A stretch of 57,045 nt of DNA. Origin: a virus (taxonomy: Duplodnaviria; Caudoviricetes). The notes beneath the pieces were generated by a model that saw only the letters and a program-made list of their open reading frames with translations, was not told the origin of the DNA and ran no database searches. The stretch covers positions 1 to 57,045 of IMG/VR virus record IMGVR_UViG_3300020187_000040; one strand, 5' to 3'. Both the position numbers and the translations under genes were made by a program. Of the stretch, positions 28,333 to 37,137 are shown one piece after another (the stretch's first letter is position 1; every line of letters begins with the position of its first letter).

Positions 28333-29727
28333 TTAATCCATGTTTATTATTTCCCTGTCATCGTCTGGGCCTCCGTGGCAAGTTGCTGGTTTATTATTGC
28401 CATATGTACCGCTAGCAAAAAGACCTTCCCTTGCACTCATTTCAAAAGAAAAATTACAATCAACCGTTCCGTAGTCCCCGATTCCTTGACTCAAAGAATA
28501 TCCATCCAGTCTAGCATTATCTATTCTGAATTTCATCGCTTTTTGTCTTTCATATTCTGGAAAGCAGTGAAACGAGCATTCATTGGTCAATTCGATCTCA
28601 ATTTCATACTCAGTGTCCCCGCAAAATATATCAATAAACCTACCACTTTCAAATGTGCTAGACAATAAAGACATGGACAATGTACCGAGCTGTGGGTACT
28701 TTAATTTACTAGCATACATATGCATAGACTCGAAGCCTTCAAGGTCTTCCCTCTCGAAAGGTATATTAACATTAAAAGATTGAATATTAGCAGAGCTTTC
28801 AAAACAAGAATCTCCATCAGATTCAGTATTTAGTGTTGGACCCCCTATATTTAAATTTTTTATTTTTAAATTTATTCCATGCGGGGGTATGGCAGTAGCT
28901 GCTGACTTGTATAGTTTTGGCCTAAAGGTAAGGGCGGGAAATCCTATTTTATCTAACGGTGTTCCTTTATTTATTAAATCTAGGGACGGGTTCCTAATTG
29001 CACCTATTTTTTGGTATTCTAAATCTTTATCTAACTGTATCTCACTTCCGTCTTGGAATAAAATAAAATCTACATCATCTTGATCTCCTTGCAATAATAA
29101 GTTGCCTAATATTTCTGTTATTTTTTCCCAGTAGAATCCTCCGCCCGCATCCATGCAGTCATAATTAAAATCGGAAGCCGTAAATGAAACCGAGGCTTTT
29201 GCTATATCTCCAACTGATGCCGAGAATGAATAGCTTGATATATAGCCATTACCTATACCTAGCACATTAGTGCCTTCTAAACCCAACTCTCTTTTATCGT
29301 ATGCAGTCAAATCATGCCCTTCGTCACCTAGAACAAAAAACATGGATTTATTTTCTTTTAAATTATTGTATATAGTTCCACTATCCTGTACATTTAAATT
29401 GTATGCAGCGCCCTCTTCGTCGTACTTTACACTGGGCCCTAATATATTCAAGCCCAATAGGCTTTCTTCGTAACCGTCTGTCAGCAAGTAATCAAAACTA
29501 ACATTTATTGAGCCATGTTTAACCATGGTTCTTGCGACATAATGATCGCTCCCAATTTGCTTGATATTTTCTCTATTAGTTTCTACTGAAAACTGAAAAG
29601 ATTGAAGCTTGTTAAAAAAACTGACTTCGGTTTTTGCGACATCATCCTCCCTGCTGCTATCAGAAACTGAATCCGCAAGGAAAAGCCCTACCGAATTGTA
29701 CCTGATAACATTTCTGGTTTTTGCCAT
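28333..29727 (-). CDS. Tail tube protein paralogue (minor)
   Basis: 464 aa, collinear similarity to 29791..31302: RNVIRYNS, LQSFQFSVETNRENIKQIG, GIGNGYISSYSFSASVG, IQSFNVNIPFEREDL, ARLDGYSLSQGIGD. Confidence 0.7.
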   Translation of the reverse strand: MAKTRNVIRYNSVGLFLADSVSDSSREDDVAKTEVSFFNKLQSFQFSVETNRENIKQIGSDHYVARTMVKHGSINVSFDYLLTDGYEESLLGLNILGPSVKYDEEGAAYNLNVQDSGTIYNNLKENKSMFFVLGDEGHDLTAYDKRELGLEGTNVLGIGNGYISSYSFSASVGDIAKASVSFTASDFNYDCMDAGGGFYWEKITEILGNLLLQGDQDDVDFILFQDGSEIQLDKDLEYQKIGAIRNPSLDLINKGTPLDKIGFPALTFRPKLYKSAATAIPPHGINLKIKNLNIGGPTLNTESDGDSCFESSANIQSFNVNIPFEREDLEGFESMHMYASKLKYPQLGTLSMSLLSSTFESGRFIDIFCGDTEYEIEIELTNECSFHCFPEYERQKAMKFRIDNARLDGYSLSQGIGDYGTVDCNFSFEMSAREGLFASGTYGNNKPATCHGGPDDDREIINMD

Positions 29728-29734
29728 ATATATA

Positions 29735-29766
29735 AATACACCACAGCCCGAAAACTGTGGTGTATT
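29735..29766 (-). terminator. Perfect 12-bp hairpin after the major tail gene; probable terminator overlapping a GTGTA element
   Basis: aatacaccacag-cccgaaaa-ctgtggtgtatt. The U-tract is weak. Confidence 0.6.
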
Positions 29767-29790
29767 ATTGTTAAATAATTTTTAGTTTAA

Positions 29791-31302
29791 TTATGCTCGA
29801 TATCCAAACAGGTATCCACTTATAGCATCTTCGGTGCTACCATTAAGCCCTGTCCATGCTGGGGGGAGTCCGTTGTTACCCTCGGTTGATTCTTTGCCGT
29901 ATAGAAACAATCCATTATGTAGGTCATCTGCTCCACCAATTTGAGTGGTAAATGTAAGGTCGACGGTTTTATTGTCACCAAGGCTGCTGCTGTAGTTTTC
30001 AGATTCTAAGCGAGCACCCTTAAGAGTAAATCCCATGGCTTTAGTTCCTTGCTTTACTGTGCAGTCGTCGCACTGAGGATCGTAGATGTCAAGTGAAACA
30101 TTATACTCTTCACAGGAGCATAGAAAGTCGATCAAGTTATCTTCTTTCATGTCCGCGACTAATGCAGAAACACTCATGGTTACGGTCAACGGAAGATCCA
30201 TCGCCTTAGAGAATCCAAATGTTGAGCCAAGTCTTTGAAGAGTAGTTCTTCCCATTGGAACAGAAATACTTGCGGACTGTACATGGGCACTTCCTACTAA
30301 AGGTTGGTTTTGAGCTCCAGATACTGCTTTGTGCATAAGGGATGCATTTTGTAAATTAACAACTACATCTCCTGGACGTAACGCTGCAACATCTTGTCCA
30401 CAACCTTCGTAACCACTTGTAGTTGCAGGAAGCGAATAAAGTCCAGTACATCCATTTGCGCCTTTAGCAACTCTGTTGCCTTGCGCATCTTTATCCCATG
30501 CATTACTTGTTTTTGAACCATCCTTCATGTCCATGGCGGGGACATCATTACCGGTAGTTCCCAGGTCGCTCTTGATGTTCATTCCTTCAACAGTTACACT
30601 GGCAGTCGGAATTGATCCTACAGATACATCTACGCTGTAGTCGGTTATATATCCATTACCAAGAGAGATTACGGACTTTCTGTCTTCTTTACCTTCTTCG
30701 TGTATATTAGTGTCTCCATTTACAGCATCTCTTGCTTCTGGAGTTGTTAGTATAAAGAAGTTATTTCCAGCTTGGTATAGTTCTGGAGATAATGCTCCAC
30801 TCAATGTATTAGTCTCACCATCTGTGACAAACTCGAGCAAGCGCTCGTTCCTACCATCCACTAAATAATAAGAAAAATCTAAATTAACAGTTGGTGACTC
30901 AACTACGATTGAGTCAAGACGAGCTGCATGACCAAATTGGTTAATGTCCTGACGATTAACGGTGAAACCATAATTCGCACTTTGAACACGTTCTAATTGC
31001 TGTATAATACTTCCATGGGCTTTTGCAAATGCAGGGTTATCTCCCTTAGCATTCCACTCTGGCCAGGCATCTCCTTCGGCCCATCCAGCCAATTGTCCAT
31101 TATTGGTCTTGGTTGGTGAATCTACTGTTCCACCAAATACTTGAGATGAGTCAACCGGAGGGGTTGCAAGTCCAAATGGACCGCTTCCTATTCCCTCAAT
31201 TGGGCTATCAGCTTTTGCTCCTGTAAAATGATACCCAGTGGAGTCGGGGCTAATAAATAACGCTTCTGATTGATAAATTACTCGATTTCTATGTACGGCC
31301 AT
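29791..31302 (-). CDS. Major tail tube protein
   Basis: 503 aa after the neck genes, with a strong AAGGAG RBS and its own upstream motif. Two beta-rich halves (RVQSANYGFTVNRQDINQFG / HVQSASISVPMGRTTLQRLG). Confidence 0.75.
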   Translation of the reverse strand: MAVHRNRVIYQSEALFISPDSTGYHFTGAKADSPIEGIGSGPFGLATPPVDSSQVFGGTVDSPTKTNNGQLAGWAEGDAWPEWNAKGDNPAFAKAHGSIIQQLERVQSANYGFTVNRQDINQFGHAARLDSIVVESPTVNLDFSYYLVDGRNERLLEFVTDGETNTLSGALSPELYQAGNNFFILTTPEARDAVNGDTNIHEEGKEDRKSVISLGNGYITDYSVDVSVGSIPTASVTVEGMNIKSDLGTTGNDVPAMDMKDGSKTSNAWDKDAQGNRVAKGANGCTGLYSLPATTSGYEGCGQDVAALRPGDVVVNLQNASLMHKAVSGAQNQPLVGSAHVQSASISVPMGRTTLQRLGSTFGFSKAMDLPLTVTMSVSALVADMKEDNLIDFLCSCEEYNVSLDIYDPQCDDCTVKQGTKAMGFTLKGARLESENYSSSLGDNKTVDLTFTTQIGGADDLHNGLFLYGKESTEGNNGLPPAWTGLNGSTEDAISGYLFGYRA

Positions 31303-31340
31303 GGTTTTTTTCTCCTTTTTATTTAAAAATAAGTGTTTGG

Positions 31341-31381
31341 TTATTATTACATCTTTATAATGTATATGGGAAATATTTTTT
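31341..31381 (-). promoter_or_regulatory. Extended late promoter/operator TTCCCAT-W-TACAT-N7-ATGTAAT
   Basis: Plus strand ttattattacatctttataatgtatatgggaaatatttttt. Same motif and spacing recur at 39687-39726. Confidence 0.65.
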
Positions 31382-32292
31382 TAGGCCCTAGGGAACCTTG
31401 ATTGACTGATATCAAAATCCACAAAGCCTAAATATAATCCTGGATTTATTTTTTTTGATAATTTGTCGTTAATTTTAGAGGATCTCGTATCTTCTATGAA
31501 CATTAACGGTTCGCATTTCGTGTTATTTCTAACTTGCTCTCCATAACTGTAAGATCCTGTCTTGAGATCCCCATATTCATTAAAAGGATGACTATTGTAG
31601 CCTATGTTTTTTATTGCTAAATTATATGCATCTGTGCACAAAGACATTATTCCATCCAATTGATATAGGTCTTCAGCAAAAAATATCACCCTATAGTTTA
31701 ATGTGGTTAAGTCTTCCCCGCCAAAGGCAAAGGGTTCGTTATGAGACCTCTCCATAGAAACAAACGCTGCCGGAGAAACTTTCTCATAAGGAAGAATCCC
31801 GGTGTTTTCAAGAAACTCCGGGGTGGTCCTACTGTTTACATTGTATTTATTTTCAATAACAATGTTTTCTTCTGTGTCATCTGCGAGATATATGTTTATA
31901 TCCTTAACGGAAAATTCTGCCTCTACATTTAATTTATTGTAATTTTCTCCAAAATGTCTTCCCTCAAACAATACTCTGCCGTTATCAAAATCAATAATTA
32001 ATCCGCTTTGGCCTCTACCGCAAAAATTATACACTCCATCGCCTGTGTCAACATAAACTCCTGTTGGAATAACTGCCCCCTCTATATCACTATTGTAAAC
32101 CCATTGCTTGTAAGGACTATTGTAAGATATGTATCCGTTTTGGTCATCTTCGGGATAGGAAGGTAACCTTTCATCCTCATGGTAGTAGAGGCTGTCAAAA
32201 TGGTTTGAAAAAGCCTCTCCCTTACAGGTTAAATACTGGTCTAACCATAATGCAAAACTAGTATTGGCTTCATGTTGAAATTGAGGCTTCAT
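31381..32292 (-). CDS. Putative neck/tail-terminator protein
   Basis: 303 aa immediately upstream of the tail tube. IDFDNGRVLF and PAAFVSM...PFAFGG motifs. Call rests on position. Confidence 0.55.
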   Translation of the reverse strand: MKPQFQHEANTSFALWLDQYLTCKGEAFSNHFDSLYYHEDERLPSYPEDDQNGYISYNSPYKQWVYNSDIEGAVIPTGVYVDTGDGVYNFCGRGQSGLIIDFDNGRVLFEGRHFGENYNKLNVEAEFSVKDINIYLADDTEENIVIENKYNVNSRTTPEFLENTGILPYEKVSPAAFVSMERSHNEPFAFGGEDLTTLNYRVIFFAEDLYQLDGIMSLCTDAYNLAIKNIGYNSHPFNEYGDLKTGSYSYGEQVRNNTKCEPLMFIEDTRSSKINDKLSKKINPGLYLGFVDFDISQSRFPRA

Positions 32293-32296
32293 GGTA

Positions 32297-32920
32297 TTAT
32301 TTGGATAATTTAATAAATTCTTTTTGCCACTTATTGATAAATCTCGATATGTATGGAGTATTAGAGAATCTACCTGGCCTTAGTCTACTACTTGATTGTA
32401 TTCCTGCTCCGGACCTACTAAATGTAGAATTTGTCTTCATGTACTGGCCCAATCCAGATAATCCAGTCTCAATTCCTTTCGCCCAACTGATGCCATTCGC
32501 CCATGGCAGGGGCGTTACAGCAAAAATATCTTTTGAGCTTGGCATTTCTATCCTTATTCTGGTTGTACCCCTCGAGCTCAAGCCTGTAAACTTAATGTCT
32601 GTTTTTTGTAGCAAATCAATGATTGGCGATACGGGGCTCGATCCACTCTCAAACCCTATAAAACTAAATAGGTTTCCGTACCCTCCTAATGTACCACTAG
32701 TATTGCTTGCTCGTGGCCCTGCTAATAGCTCCCTGGTTATAGGTAGGTTTAAAAACTCTTGAATCATTATTTTTTTTTGTTCTTCAAACTTCTTGTATAT
32801 AAGTTTCCCGGATTTGTCTTTTAAATTATTTTTTAATTTAGCTGCATTTGCTCTTTTGGACATGGATGACTTTACTTCTTTGTCCAGCTCTCTTTGGTTA
32901 ACTTTGAATCTTACTTTCAT
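32297..32920 (-). CDS. Putative tail completion/neck protein (HK97 gp10-like position)
   Basis: 207 aa, basic, GNLFSFIGF and WAKGIETG...PYI motifs. Call rests on position. Confidence 0.5.
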   Translation of the reverse strand: MKVRFKVNQRELDKEVKSSMSKRANAAKLKNNLKDKSGKLIYKKFEEQKKIMIQEFLNLPITRELLAGPRASNTSGTLGGYGNLFSFIGFESGSSPVSPIIDLLQKTDIKFTGLSSRGTTRIRIEMPSSKDIFAVTPLPWANGISWAKGIETGLSGLGQYMKTNSTFSRSGAGIQSSSRLRPGRFSNTPYISRFINKWQKEFIKLSK

Positions 32921-33369
32921 TAATCTGTTGGTCTTAAGTAGTAAGTAAAGAATTTGGGACTAAACAATCCATGCTTTTTTACATCCGTAACCTTAAACAT
33001 AAGGCGGCCATCAATCTCTATACGTTTAGCATCCTTAAGGTAATCGTGGCCTTCTGCATCTAGTTTTATTCTCACTTCTCCTATGTCGTGACTAACTTTT
33101 ATTTGAGCCCCAACATCGGCGTCGTATGAAACTTCGCTCTGTTTGTCCATGTACATTATCCTTGCTTTTATGGCTTTAAACTGAGTTTTATTAAGTACTT
33201 GCTTTACCCCCCTTACATTATTATATAAATAATTAAAATTAGGATCTGTGCTTATTATTATTTTTTTTGATTCCTTATAGGCAAATATTGATCTAGCAAA
33301 AGTATCATGCATGTTTTGCATAACTGATTCAAGTATCTCTTTTTCTTCTGAATTAAAATAAGATGGCAT
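32920..33369 (-). CDS. Putative head-closure (stopper) protein
   Basis: 149 aa, beta-rich, HDTFAR...IEIDGRLMFKV...YYL pattern. Neck-cluster position. Confidence 0.5.
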   Translation of the reverse strand: MPSYFNSEEKEILESVMQNMHDTFARSIFAYKESKKIIISTDPNFNYLYNNVRGVKQVLNKTQFKAIKARIMYMDKQSEVSYDADVGAQIKVSHDIGEVRIKLDAEGHDYLKDAKRIEIDGRLMFKVTDVKKHGLFSPKFFTYYLRPTD

Positions 33370-33403
33370 ATTAAATATCTATTACACATATCCAGTTAAT
33401 TCA

Positions 33404-33438
33404 TTGGAAAAAATATTCATATATATTACTATAGTTAA
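33404..33438 (+). promoter_or_regulatory. Sigma70-like promoter, probably giving a leaderless transcript
   Basis: TTGGAA (33404)-17 bp-TACTAT (33427), ATG at 33439. Confidence 0.45.
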
Positions 33439-33723
33439 ATGACACCAGACGAACTTGTTAATTCTGCTTACTCGAAAAATACAAAAATTTTGTTTAAATC
33501 TTTTTTGGTTTTAATTGAAGACTTGCATAAAGACCATTCGATCAATTTCGAGAAGCTTAAAAAAGTCTTACCCCCAGAGTATCACCCATTAATAAATCAG
33601 GCCGATTACTTTGATAATCAAAAGTTACAGTACTTGAGGAAAAAGATACTAGACATGGGTAATGAAACAATAAGAGAAACAGAAAGCAGTTTTGAAAATT
33701 TTACTATAAGTTTTAAGTTTTAA
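33439..33723 (+). CDS. Hypothetical protein
   Basis: 94-aa helical ORF heading the plus-strand three-gene block. Confidence 0.7.
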   Translation: MTPDELVNSAYSKNTKILFKSFLVLIEDLHKDHSINFEKLKKVLPPEYHPLINQADYFDNQKLQYLRKKILDMGNETIRETESSFENFTISFKF

Positions 33724-33759
33724 TTTTATTATAAATAAACAAAGGTATAAGGAATATAT

Positions 33760-34524
33760 ATGAATAAAAAAGTGATCTATCAATTTAAAATCGCCAAAAG
33801 CGAAGAGGTTGAAAAAGAAGAAGTTTCTGAAGTAAAAAACAAAGAAACTGGCGAGGTGGAAAAAATCACCAAAACTAAAAAAGTTAAGCAAGATACTCCG
33901 TATGATATTATCATACATGAGCCATCTCGCAGGCAAGTGGAAGATGCTGATATGGAATTCAGTATTGAAATGAGTAGGTGCATCAAAAAAGGCATACTCA
34001 CGAAGGCTATGCTTGCTAAGAAATATAGCGATAGTGGAGGTCTCTTAAGCGAAGAAGACTCCAGCCGACTAATTCGCCTTTATCAAGAATTAAATGAAAT
34101 TAATAATTCCCTTGGTCGTCTTTTAGATAAAAAGCAAAAAAACGAAAAAGAAAAATCTAGAGAGGCCGAGCTGTCTAAATCTTTTGCTTCTACCAGGAAA
34201 GAGATTGTAGATCTTGAGACCGCATACCAGAATGTTTTTAATCATACGGCGGATACTAAAGCTCAAAACAAAGTTATTTTATGGTATCTGTTAAATCTTT
34301 CTCATTACCAGGCAGAGGGCGGAGAGGTTTTACCCTTATTTCCAGGACAGAACGCGGAAGAAAAAGAAGAGTCATACTACGAAATGGACGAAGGTGGCAA
34401 TGATATTTTTGATCTATCGAGAGATAAGTTAATGACATTCATTAGTTTTTGGTATTTCAGTCAAAATCCAACTGAGAAAGAGTTCCAAGATCTAGAGTCA
34501 GATATTGATTCAGGTAATTTGTGA
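33760..34524 (+). CDS. Putative tail assembly chaperone
   Basis: 254 aa, charged and helical, IIIHEPSRRQVEDAD...GILTKAML. Lies inside the head-tail module with an AAGGA RBS. Function is inferred. Confidence 0.55.
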   Translation: MNKKVIYQFKIAKSEEVEKEEVSEVKNKETGEVEKITKTKKVKQDTPYDIIIHEPSRRQVEDADMEFSIEMSRCIKKGILTKAMLAKKYSDSGGLLSEEDSSRLIRLYQELNEINNSLGRLLDKKQKNEKEKSREAELSKSFASTRKEIVDLETAYQNVFNHTADTKAQNKVILWYLLNLSHYQAEGGEVLPLFPGQNAEEKEESYYEMDEGGNDIFDLSRDKLMTFISFWYFSQNPTEKEFQDLESDIDSGNL

Positions 34525-34527
34525 TGG

Positions 34528-35514
34528 GTGGATTCCCGCAATTACAGAAAAATATTTAAAGAAATCTCTGAGGGTTTTTCTTCCTATTTTATAGGGGAAG
34601 AAAGAAGATACATAAAGCATCAGTCATTTCATGATGTTGTAGATTTTGACGACATCTATGACATGCACCTAGAGAGAGCTCAAAAAAAAGGCCTACCTAC
34701 TGAGGCGGAGATCTTTGAAGAGCTTAAAAAAGATGAAGTGTGGACCGAAAAAGATGATGCTGAAATCGAAAAGCAATCTTTTTATGTTGATAGCTTGATT
34801 AAGAATAAAAAGAATATATATCTTAAAAGTGCCCTTAATCAAATAAATAAACAGATCGCTGAAGCTGAAGAGAAATTATCCCGCATTCAGTCGAAAAAAC
34901 AAGATCTCGTATCTAATAGTGCCGACAAGTATGCATTGAGTCGAGCGAATGACTTCTATATAGTCAATAGCTTTTACAAGGATAAGGGATTACAAGAAAA
35001 ACTATACTCAGAAAAGGAATTTGAATATGCCTCCACGACGGAAGTCTCTAACCTTGTAGTGACATATAATGAGTTTCATAAGACTTTCTCTGATAACAAT
35101 ATAAAGCATTTAGCAATCCAAGATTTTTATAAATCCTATTACAGTTTCATAGAAAACTTGACTGATTTTTTTGGGAAGCCCGTGATCGAATTAACTAACT
35201 TCCAGTTAAATTTAACACTTTATACAAAGATATTTAAAAATATATTTGAGCAGTATAGCGAAGACATGCCTGAAAGGATTAAAAATGACCCAGACGGCTT
35301 ATTGGATTTTGCAAACTCATCGGAAAGTAGAGAGAAAATTAAGCAGGAAATATCTAAAGATTCTGGCGCATCTACTATTGTTGGGGCAACAAAAGAAGAC
35401 ATGGATGAATTAGGGCTATCTCAACCGAAGCAGGGGAGAACCCTAGAGGATTTAGCTAAAGAAAAAGGAGGTTCTCTGTCAATGAAAGATTTAATGAACC
35501 TTAGTGGGGCTTAG
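34528..35514 (+). CDS. Putative second tail assembly chaperone (GTG start)
   Basis: 328 aa helical, C-terminal ELTNFQLNL...MPERIKNDPDGLLDF. Same frame as the preceding gene. Confidence 0.55.
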   Translation: MDSRNYRKIFKEISEGFSSYFIGEERRYIKHQSFHDVVDFDDIYDMHLERAQKKGLPTEAEIFEELKKDEVWTEKDDAEIEKQSFYVDSLIKNKKNIYLKSALNQINKQIAEAEEKLSRIQSKKQDLVSNSADKYALSRANDFYIVNSFYKDKGLQEKLYSEKEFEYASTTEVSNLVVTYNEFHKTFSDNNIKHLAIQDFYKSYYSFIENLTDFFGKPVIELTNFQLNLTLYTKIFKNIFEQYSEDMPERIKNDPDGLLDFANSSESREKIKQEISKDSGASTIVGATKEDMDELGLSQPKQGRTLEDLAKEKGGSLSMKDLMNLSGA

Positions 35515-36611
35515 TTATATTTCCCTGAAATAATAACGTCTCTTTCTGGCATAATGAATATGCCCTCGCTAGTTATGCTCAGGTTATTAGGCTCAATTCC
35601 CGACCAGTACTCAAATCCATAATCAGGCTTTGGGCCGACTTGTATTTCTTCTCCTGGTATGAATGGTGGATATGGATAGATTACTTCTCCTTTGTCTTCA
35701 GTAAAATCAATATTAAATGCGACCCTGTAGTCATTTACCAAATCTATACCGGTAAACCCGGAAGGATCGATGCCGGAAGGATCAATACCGGAAGGATCGA
35801 TGCCGGAAGGATCAATACCGGAAGGATCAATACCGGAAGGATCAATACCGGAAGGATCAATACCGGAAGGATCGATACCGGAAGGATCGATACCGGAAGG
35901 ATCGATACCGGAAGGATCGATGCCGGAAGGATCGATACCGGAAGGATCAATACCGGAAGGATCGATACCGGAAGGATCGATGCCGGAAGGATCAATACCG
36001 GAAGGATCAATACCCGTAGGACTAACTCCAGTCCCTGTTGGAGAATATCCTGAATAGGGTGTGTGAGTGGCTGGGTTGCATAATAAATAATCTATATCCG
36101 GAGCATCTTTTCCAGCCACCTGTCTTGGTACAGCTCCATACATATTATATGTATATGCTAAGTCTTTAATTTTTTGTTCAGACTCTGCAGCCAAAGCTTT
36201 AAAGTTTTTGCTTAAATCTAATTTGTTGGTAAATAATCCGGGGATTGCCGACACCGGTCTTTTTATAGTCGTGTCGCCTTCTCTAAGTTCTGTCCAACTT
36301 GATGCTGCTGATGCATCCATTCCGGAAAGGGTGCTATTATAACTACCTCTTAATATTTTCCTGGCTTGTTTTGTGTTGTAGTCTCTTAGGTATATTTCCT
36401 CAAGTATGGTTTTTTCTTCACACCCTAGATTTATGTCTCCTGTGCAACAAAAATTTTGATTTAATAATATATTAAGCTCTCCAATCTTAGAGACTAAAGA
36501 GCCTGATATATTTAGCAGTTCAGCTTGCTGTTCGGCATGGTCCTCTATGAAGTCAAATTCATATTTTAATATACCACTAGCTAGCTCACCAATTTGATTA
36601 AATGAATACAT
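35511..36611 (-). CDS. Putative head-tail adaptor extended by a (GIDPS)17 linker and an InlB B-repeat-like domain
   Basis: 366 aa. Helical N-terminal domain with WTELREGDTTIKR. C-terminal PDYGFEYWS...FIMPERDVIISGKY. Confidence 0.6.
   Translation of the reverse strand: MYSFNQIGELASGILKYEFDFIEDHAEQQAELLNISGSLVSKIGELNILLNQNFCCTGDINLGCEEKTILEEIYLRDYNTKQARKILRGSYNSTLSGMDASAASSWTELREGDTTIKRPVSAIPGLFTNKLDLSKNFKALAAESEQKIKDLAYTYNMYGAVPRQVAGKDAPDIDYLLCNPATHTPYSGYSPTGTGVSPTGIDPSGIDPSGIDPSGIDPSGIDPSGIDPSGIDPSGIDPSGIDPSGIDPSGIDPSGIDPSGIDPSGIDPSGIDPSGIDPSGIDPSGFTGIDLVNDYRVAFNIDFTEDKGEVIYPYPPFIPGEEIQVGPKPDYGFEYWSGIEPNNLSITSEGIFIMPERDVIISGKYN
35761..36015. repeat. 15-bp coding tandem repeat x17 (GIDPS)
   Basis: gaaggatcRatRccS units that vary only at synonymous positions of the minus-strand frame. 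Confidence 0.97.
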
Positions 36612-36635
36612 GTAATTAAGTACACGTGAAACAAA

Positions 36636-37034
36636 TTATTGATTTAAAATCTTTAGAATATCTTTTTCTTTTTGAGAGCCGGGCTCTACCATTGGCTTCG
36701 TAACTTGAATTGATTTTAACGCTCCTTGTCCTTGTTGCTTATATGCTTTAATTAATTTAGACTTGAGTGTAACTTTTGTTCCTGATGGAAAGACCCCTGC
36801 GCTTACTGCTAATTCTTGCATTTGAGCTAATTGCATATTAGCTAAACTTGCCTCGAATTCTTCAATTGTGTTGGTCGCGAAAGCATTTTTTTGCTTTCTA
36901 CCAATCATATGCTCTAGGCTTCTTGCATAACTAGCTTCTTCCTGTATGTGGTTTTTTCCATCACTGAATTCTTGTATTTTCTTAGATGTCTTCTTTACGG
37001 GCTTTTTCGCATTTACATTTTTTTTATTTTTCAT
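36636..37034 (-). CDS. Hypothetical basic protein downstream of the capsid gene
   Basis: 132 aa, Lys-rich N-terminus, short helix-extension-helix-like segment (MQLAQMQELA..AGV...KVTLKSKLIK). AAGGAG upstream. Confidence 0.7.
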   Translation of the reverse strand: MKNKKNVNAKKPVKKTSKKIQEFSDGKNHIQEEASYARSLEHMIGRKQKNAFATNTIEEFEASLANMQLAQMQELAVSAGVFPSGTKVTLKSKLIKAYKQQGQGALKSIQVTKPMVEPGSQKEKDILKILNQ

Positions 37035-37083
37035 AATTTACCTTTCTCCTTTAGTCTATATATATATGATAATGTTTATAAAC

Positions 37084-37109
37084 AAAAAATCCACCGCTAT
37101 GGGTGGATT
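37084..37109 (-). terminator. Rho-independent terminator after the major capsid gene
   Basis: Stem aatccacc/ggtggatt with 6-nt loop, followed on the minus strand by a U-rich tract. Confidence 0.75.
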
Positions 37110-37137
37110 CTTTGAAGTCCTCTTAGAGGCGCTCTTA

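Noticed and set aside
28333-33369. Contractile tail, tailocin or gene transfer agent
   Set aside because: No sheath or baseplate-wedge gene is recognisable. A full head-packaging set, own sigma factor and early genes indicate a genuine phage.
35640-36057. Alternative-frame ORFs (GRIDT, ILPVS, PEGSI repeats) and a CRISPR-like look of the 15-bp array
   Set aside because: These are by-products of a stop-free repeat. Variation is synonymous in the GIDPS frame and there are no spacers.
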